A DNA stretch of 64,000 bases from the human T2T-CHM13v2.0 reference genome, Homo sapiens. A program made the translations under genes and the position numbers. Where the stretch lies: the NCBI RefSeq assembly GCF_009914755.1, contig NC_060930.1; one strand, 5' to 3'. The notes beneath the pieces are model-generated. The model worked only from the letters and a program-made list of their open reading frames with translations. It had not been told where the DNA came from and made no database searches. Each line of letters begins with the position of its first letter. The first letter of the stretch is position 1. Shown in pieces: positions 58,074-64,000 of the stretch.

Positions 58074-59357
58074 TCAACAGGGCTAAAAGCTACCCGCTTG
58101 AGGGAGGATACTCTGGAGTATTTCAGAAATTAAACAGAAGCTGGGGAAGGGTTTTTCTTGAGCAATGGGCTTCCCTAGAGCTCCTGAAATCACAGTATTC
58201 CAACAAGTAAGCCAGTTTTGTCTCCTGCCACACAAAATTCCATCCAATCGGTGTGATACCAACCAGACATTATGTGATGACTCACCAGGAACTTTTGACA
58301 TGAACAAATTCTCTATAACTAAGTTCAGGCCCTGCCAACCTTTCTTATAGTTCAAAATTGAACACCTAAGTCTGCAATAGTTTTAGGAGCTACATAAGTC
58401 TGTAAGAGTGAGCCTGAGAACTATATGCCTTGCCCAGGTTATCCTTCATGATAAATCAAAAATTACCTAAGGAGCAAAAGATTAGAACAAAGGGAATCAA
58501 CGCTTACCCACCATTCTACCAAGCAATGGTGTTGAATAAAATCACAAGAGCACCTCTTCTAAGAGCGGAACTGGAGATTAACACATTCTAAATCTTTGAT
58601 TCTGTCTACATTTCTGCTACTCACCCCTGATAAAATCCCAGAGCTGGGACTTCAGTAATGGTGGAAGTGAGGTAGGCCAGTGTTCAAAGGCTAATCCAGA
58701 TTCAAGAATGAGCAAAGGATGCAGAATCAGTTCAGCTGTTGCAACTTCATTAACCTTGAATCAGTAAATGGATCATGCAGCAGATTTGCATGAGATCAAA
58801 CACTCATAGTGGTAATGTATATGTTGATTTTCATCCTTATTGATCCAGAGGCCTACCCAAAGTCTGATGGCCTCAGCAGCCAGTGTGAAGCAAGGAATTC
58901 ACCAAGGCAGAGGACCTGAAAACTGCAGGCATGCTGCCATGTATACCACGGTGAGCTTGGCAAGGGTAGAGAGGCCAGGTCAGTATTCAAGCCCTTATCA
59001 TCATAAGATGAAATCCTTGCCTCACCACAGTGACATTCTTCTACTTTTTACCTATTCCTCCATCATTGAGACTTCAGTGCAACAGACCTGGCTACAACCT
59101 AGCCCAGAAGGTAAATGAATGGGTTTTAGCTTTTTGAGAAACAACCAAAAATTGAGAGATATTCTGGCCCTGCTTTTATTGAATAATATCCACATACTTC
59201 TATGCCTAATCAACATATGTGTATATTTTTTGTCTTAAACAATAATATTATTATTGATACTTAAGACCTGTTATGATGACTTCTCGGTTGGGACCACAAA
59301 GCACACCTAAAGCCAAGGCCTGTGTTTAAAACCCACAATCTTAGTGTTCAATAAGAT

Positions 59358-59390
59358 CACACACACACATACACACACACAAACACACAC
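59358..59390. repeat. Interrupted (CA)n
   Basis: Direct reading. Confidence 0.9.
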
Positions 59391-60710
59391 TCCAGTCCAT
59401 TCTCACATGATTCTAACTGGTTATAAAAGATTCACCCTCCAGACATTAGCCATGATCCAAGATGATAATCTTGACACACCGTGTCTCCATTTTCATGAGG
59501 AACATAAAGCTTTAGAAGGCAGTTGTCATTGTAATCATCAAGCATTTACGAGCATGTGCCAGGAACAAAAACTAGAGACACTTGAGAAGCTTCAAACCTG
59601 ATTGACGTACATAGGACACACACAGAAAGGAAAAAACAAAGCCCGGAGGTAAAGATGCACAGGATTCTAGAGCTATGAGGGTCCACAGTGGGCATTCCTT
59701 TGGTCCTTTCAGACTTTCCTTTCTACAGTCATGAGTTTTAAAATATCACTTTTATTTCAAAATCCAGATTATTTATTCAAAATCCTTTTCTCAAGGCTTT
59801 CCCAGATCAATGTCATTTCCACCAAATCAGAGTAATTTCTCAGCTCTTTCAACCCCATCAGCAGTTTACCTGTTTCTTTCTCAGGATACTTTCTACCTCA
59901 TATCAATCATTTATGTATGTCTTATTTCCAAGATTTGATTAGAAACCTCTGGTGTACAGAATCTATGTATCTGTGAATCTCAACATTACCTAGCACAGAG
60001 TCTTGACCATCACAGGTAATCAATAGTTGAGGGTTTGATTTCTTATTATAACCTACTCATTTGACACTTTGAAGGAACTAAGAACTGGAGACACCATTGA
60101 GAATCTTGTCAGTGAGTCAAACCAATAGGGCTGACGTTCAACCAGGATGCTACAGTATGACCTTCCAGGGTGCCAAACTACACATCCATGTCAGTTGGTA
60201 AGTAGCTGCTGATTTCAAATGTTGCCGTGCTGTCCCAGCTGTGCCAGGCCTTCCCTTGGAACCCCCTAGGTCCCCATCTAGCAACTATGAAAGTGATGAC
60301 CAGCACAGCAGGGGACTTATAAGACCCTGCATCAGTTCTGCAGCCAACATCAATTTTGATTGTTCTATGCTCCTGCTGAACCAGGTATCCAGTATTTTGA
60401 ATATCAACCCCCATCCCCACCTTCACCCCTGCTGCATACAATAGTTAATTACAAGGTTCTGGGAGAAAATAATTGTCTCATTACTCTTCCCAATATAGTG
60501 ATGCTAATTTGTCATGTGATAAAGTGAATTCTATAAAAAAGAGTTCATCATAATGAGTTATCAGTGACCAAACTTCTTAAGAGAAATGGAACTAGAACTC
60601 AGCATTAAAGAGTAAGCAGGAGTTGAATACACAGAATTATGGGAGGGGATTCCAAGTGGGAAAATGTAGTCACATAAATGCTTGGAAGCAGATATTCATT
60701 TGATACATTG

Positions 60711-61100
60711 AGGGTTGGCTACATAATTTACAGAGCCTGGTGCAAAAGAAATGTGCAGAGCCACTTGCCCTAAAAGAAGGAAAAAGTCATTGTCCTTTCC
60801 TCTGTAATCTCTCTCCCAACCCAACAAAGTGGGTTTCTTTGTTTTTTTTGTTTTTTTCTGTTTAATGTTGTGCTCCCATTACAAAGGCAGCAGGAGGTGG
60901 AGCACATGTAAACTGAGGCTCCAATCCAATAGAACTGAGGATCTAATTCCATCAGACTTCATTTACAAAATGCAAATTCAATGAGAAAATTATTAAGAAT
61001 TTCAAGACGGTAACCACAGAGCATTAAGCCCCAACTGTGGGCCAGCCTCTCAGCACAGAGCTCTGTACAACTGGGCTAATTGCATGTCTCTGAAGCCGGA
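60711..61100 (-). mobile_element. MER45B-like hAT element
   Basis: agggttggctacataattt...ggtgcaaaa; aaaattattaagaatttcaagacggtaaccacagagcattaa; tgaagccgg. Confidence 0.75.
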
Positions 61101-62274
61101 TGTATCTGGAAGGCAAAAAGCAACAGACTTAGATGAAAGTCGGGGAGGGGGTAATGCAGGGAGGTAAGATGAGGTAAGAGAAAAGAGGTGTAATCTGTGT
61201 AGATAGCCACAAGCCATACCATGCAGCACTCAGAATAATTTCTATGTTTCACCAATTAGTTATTTGGGGACTCCAAACAGAAATAAGCAATAGATGAAGT
61301 TTATCTACCTCTTCAGGATCCTCCCCTCAACTTGCTTCTCAAAAACATTATGGAAATGAGATCCTAGGCAGCTTTTCAGACTCTGGACCTGTTTTTCTTC
61401 TCTAGCCCAATCCTGTTTCCTCTGTCATCCTCAGAATCACTCTGCTGCAAGAAAGAATCTTGTCGACTAATTCACTAATAGCAAGTACAACCAATACATT
61501 TTACCTTCCAAAGAGAAACTTGTAAAGAGGAACTATTTCACATGCCAAATATTCTCTTGTAGCAGTGTATTTACAAGATCAGCAAAAGGTCCCATTGATA
61601 GTAGTGGAGAAGGGAATACAGAAGAGCATGTACATTTGCGTGGAGACCATGCCCGGTACTCCCTCCAATCAGCTACTCCACCTTGACAAGTCTAAGAGCT
61701 GCCACCACTCCAGCCAGCTGCACCCTCTGTACACACTAATCTGCAGAGCAAATATTCCCTGCAAAGGGGAAGTCTGGGCCTCAGAACTGGCCAAGCAGAA
61801 TTTCTCAGCCACGGTATTTCAAAAAATTTGAAATTGGATCTTGATCACTGAGAACCTGTCTTCATAATTAAGCAGAAAAAAGCAGACAGACATCTGTTCC
61901 ATCCGGGAACACAGAAAGCATACTAATTACAAGCTTCTGCCTGGTGTGGAACACTGCGGCCTTGGCTTGGACAGGCTTCACGGCCAGACGGGCAGAGGCT
62001 GACCAGGCTGCAGTCATCAGAGGAGCAATAAAGGTCACTACGATATGGCTGGAGCCTCTGCCTTTCATCAGCTGAATGAAGGAACTGAATGGAGTTCCTT
62101 CTTGACCACTGTCCCATCTTCCTCTTACACACCCTGGATTCCAGGAACGAACCTGGGACCTGAGCTTGCAAGCTGAATCTTGTACTTTTCATGCCCTAAA
62201 GCTGTCATAATATGCTTTTTCCCGCCTCCTTCTATCCAAATCTTACCCACCTATCAAGGACTGTCTCTAGATCC

Positions 62275-62750
62275 ACATTATTCATTTGCTAATTTATTCA
62301 TTTGCCAAAAATAAGTACTTAATTTGTACAAAGCAATGTGCTAGTCATTGCGTGGAATACTAGGTAAATTGTGGGCAAGTCTTTTCTTTGTGATGCTTAT
62401 AAGCCTAACATCGGAGAGCAAACAGATACCAAAATAATTCCAATATAAAATAAAAGAAAAAGAAAACCTGTTAGTACCCTAACACAGGTGAAACTAGATG
62501 CTTAGGAGTACAAAACAAAGAACAAAGAGTTGTACTGAAGCACATCAAAGGTTTTATTGAAAAGGTGACAATTGTGCCAGGACTTGAAGAACAGGTAGCA
62601 CATGAGGACACAGATATGCAGAAAGAAACGAAAAGAACCACTGAAGTAAATAGAAGGGGGGAAAAAAGCTGCAAAGTGTGCGTGAAGAACACCAGATATG
62701 TTCAGTGTGATGAGAAATAGAGATTCATGAGATATGAGGTTAGAAAAGCA
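62275..62750 (-). mobile_element. L2 relic
   Basis: attcatttgctaatttattcattt...tgtgctag...gatgcttataagcctaa...gaaaaggtgacaattgtgccaggacttgaaga. Confidence 0.6.
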
Positions 62751-62757
62751 GCCTGCC

Positions 62758-63103
<346 letters not shown>

Positions 63104-63759
63104 TCACAGTGTCCCTTCTGGAAAACAACCCAGGGGGAAACCACAGCCTCTCCTGACCCCTCTTCTCTGGGACTTTCATATGCTTCTGTCTGTCCCTCGC
63201 CCTTTGTGCTCTAAATGGCAGACATTCAACAAATGTGTGTTGAATAATAAATTAATAAGCTATTCACTGCTAAGTGTTGCCATATAATATAACCCAAGGA
63301 AATTGTATGGTGTGTTCTAAGTCAAAACAGTTGCTTCAAAGTAATCATCTTTGTTCCTTAATGTTTGCAAAACTAATAAATAGAAACTATGATTTGTGAA
63401 AAGCAAAATAATGGTGATAATTCACATGTTAAAGGCATCTTGAGGTATGTGAACCATGTTTTATTTTATCTCACCAGTTACTTCGTTGAGAGTGAGCCAA
63501 AAGCAGATGTACTGGTGGAATTTAGAAGACCTGTGCTACTCCCAGTTTCCTCAACAGGCATTTCCACATTATTGGAAACTTCAGCAGAGGGGCCAGAGAT
63601 GGCACAAGTTGGAACCGAATCTGGCAAAAGAAGAGATAAAGCAAATGATAAGTGCCTGGGAAACTTAGAATTCTTGAGACTCCAAACTGGAAATACTCAG
63701 CGGCTTTTAAAATGTTTAGCTAAATCATAGTAAAATTAAAATAGCAATAATAATATAAC

Positions 63760-63920
63760 AATAATAGCTAGAATTTATTGAGTACTTACTATGTACCAGA
63801 TACTGTGATGTCTTATCAATATAATTTCATTTAATTCTAATAACTAGCCTATGAATTAAGTATTATTAGAAACATTTAATAGATGAGGAAAGTGGGGCAT
63901 AGAGTGGTGAGGCAACTCCA
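63760..63920 (-). mobile_element. MIR
   Basis: atttattgagtacttactatgtaccagatactgtg...atttaattct...atagatgaggaaagtggggcatagag. Confidence 0.8.
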
Positions 63921-64000
63921 ACTGTAAGTCTTAATTAGACTACCCCTCTGAATGAACAGATGCATTACCAATAGAGATCAGGACACTTAGCAGACACCAA

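Noticed and set aside
63389-63730. 113-aa plus-strand ORF
   Set aside because: No homology recognised and no supporting gene structure.

Overview
Primate genomic DNA, most likely human, from an intronic or intergenic region dominated by transposable elements. I found no host protein-coding exon, rRNA, intact tRNA or CRISPR array. The window contains a full-length, disabled L1PA3-type LINE-1 (22466-28642, +), several older truncated L1s, 17 full or near-full Alus plus a duplicated left arm and an orphan tail, MaLR/ERVL LTRs, hAT and mariner MITEs, and L2/L3/MIR relics. I cannot support a new biological system here. The most notable observations are small-scale structural events visible in the sequence: a tailless retroposed 5' half of tRNA-Lys(CTT) with a TSD; a locally copied Alu arm plus its unique flank; short templated insertions inside two L1s; an unexplained ~240-bp foldback; the full-length L1 lacking a TSD while keeping the ZNF93-binding segment and an extended ORF0; and an AluS/AluY chimera with an intact TSD. 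Subfamily names are recalled from consensus sequences, not from a search. Boundaries of old repeats are approximate.
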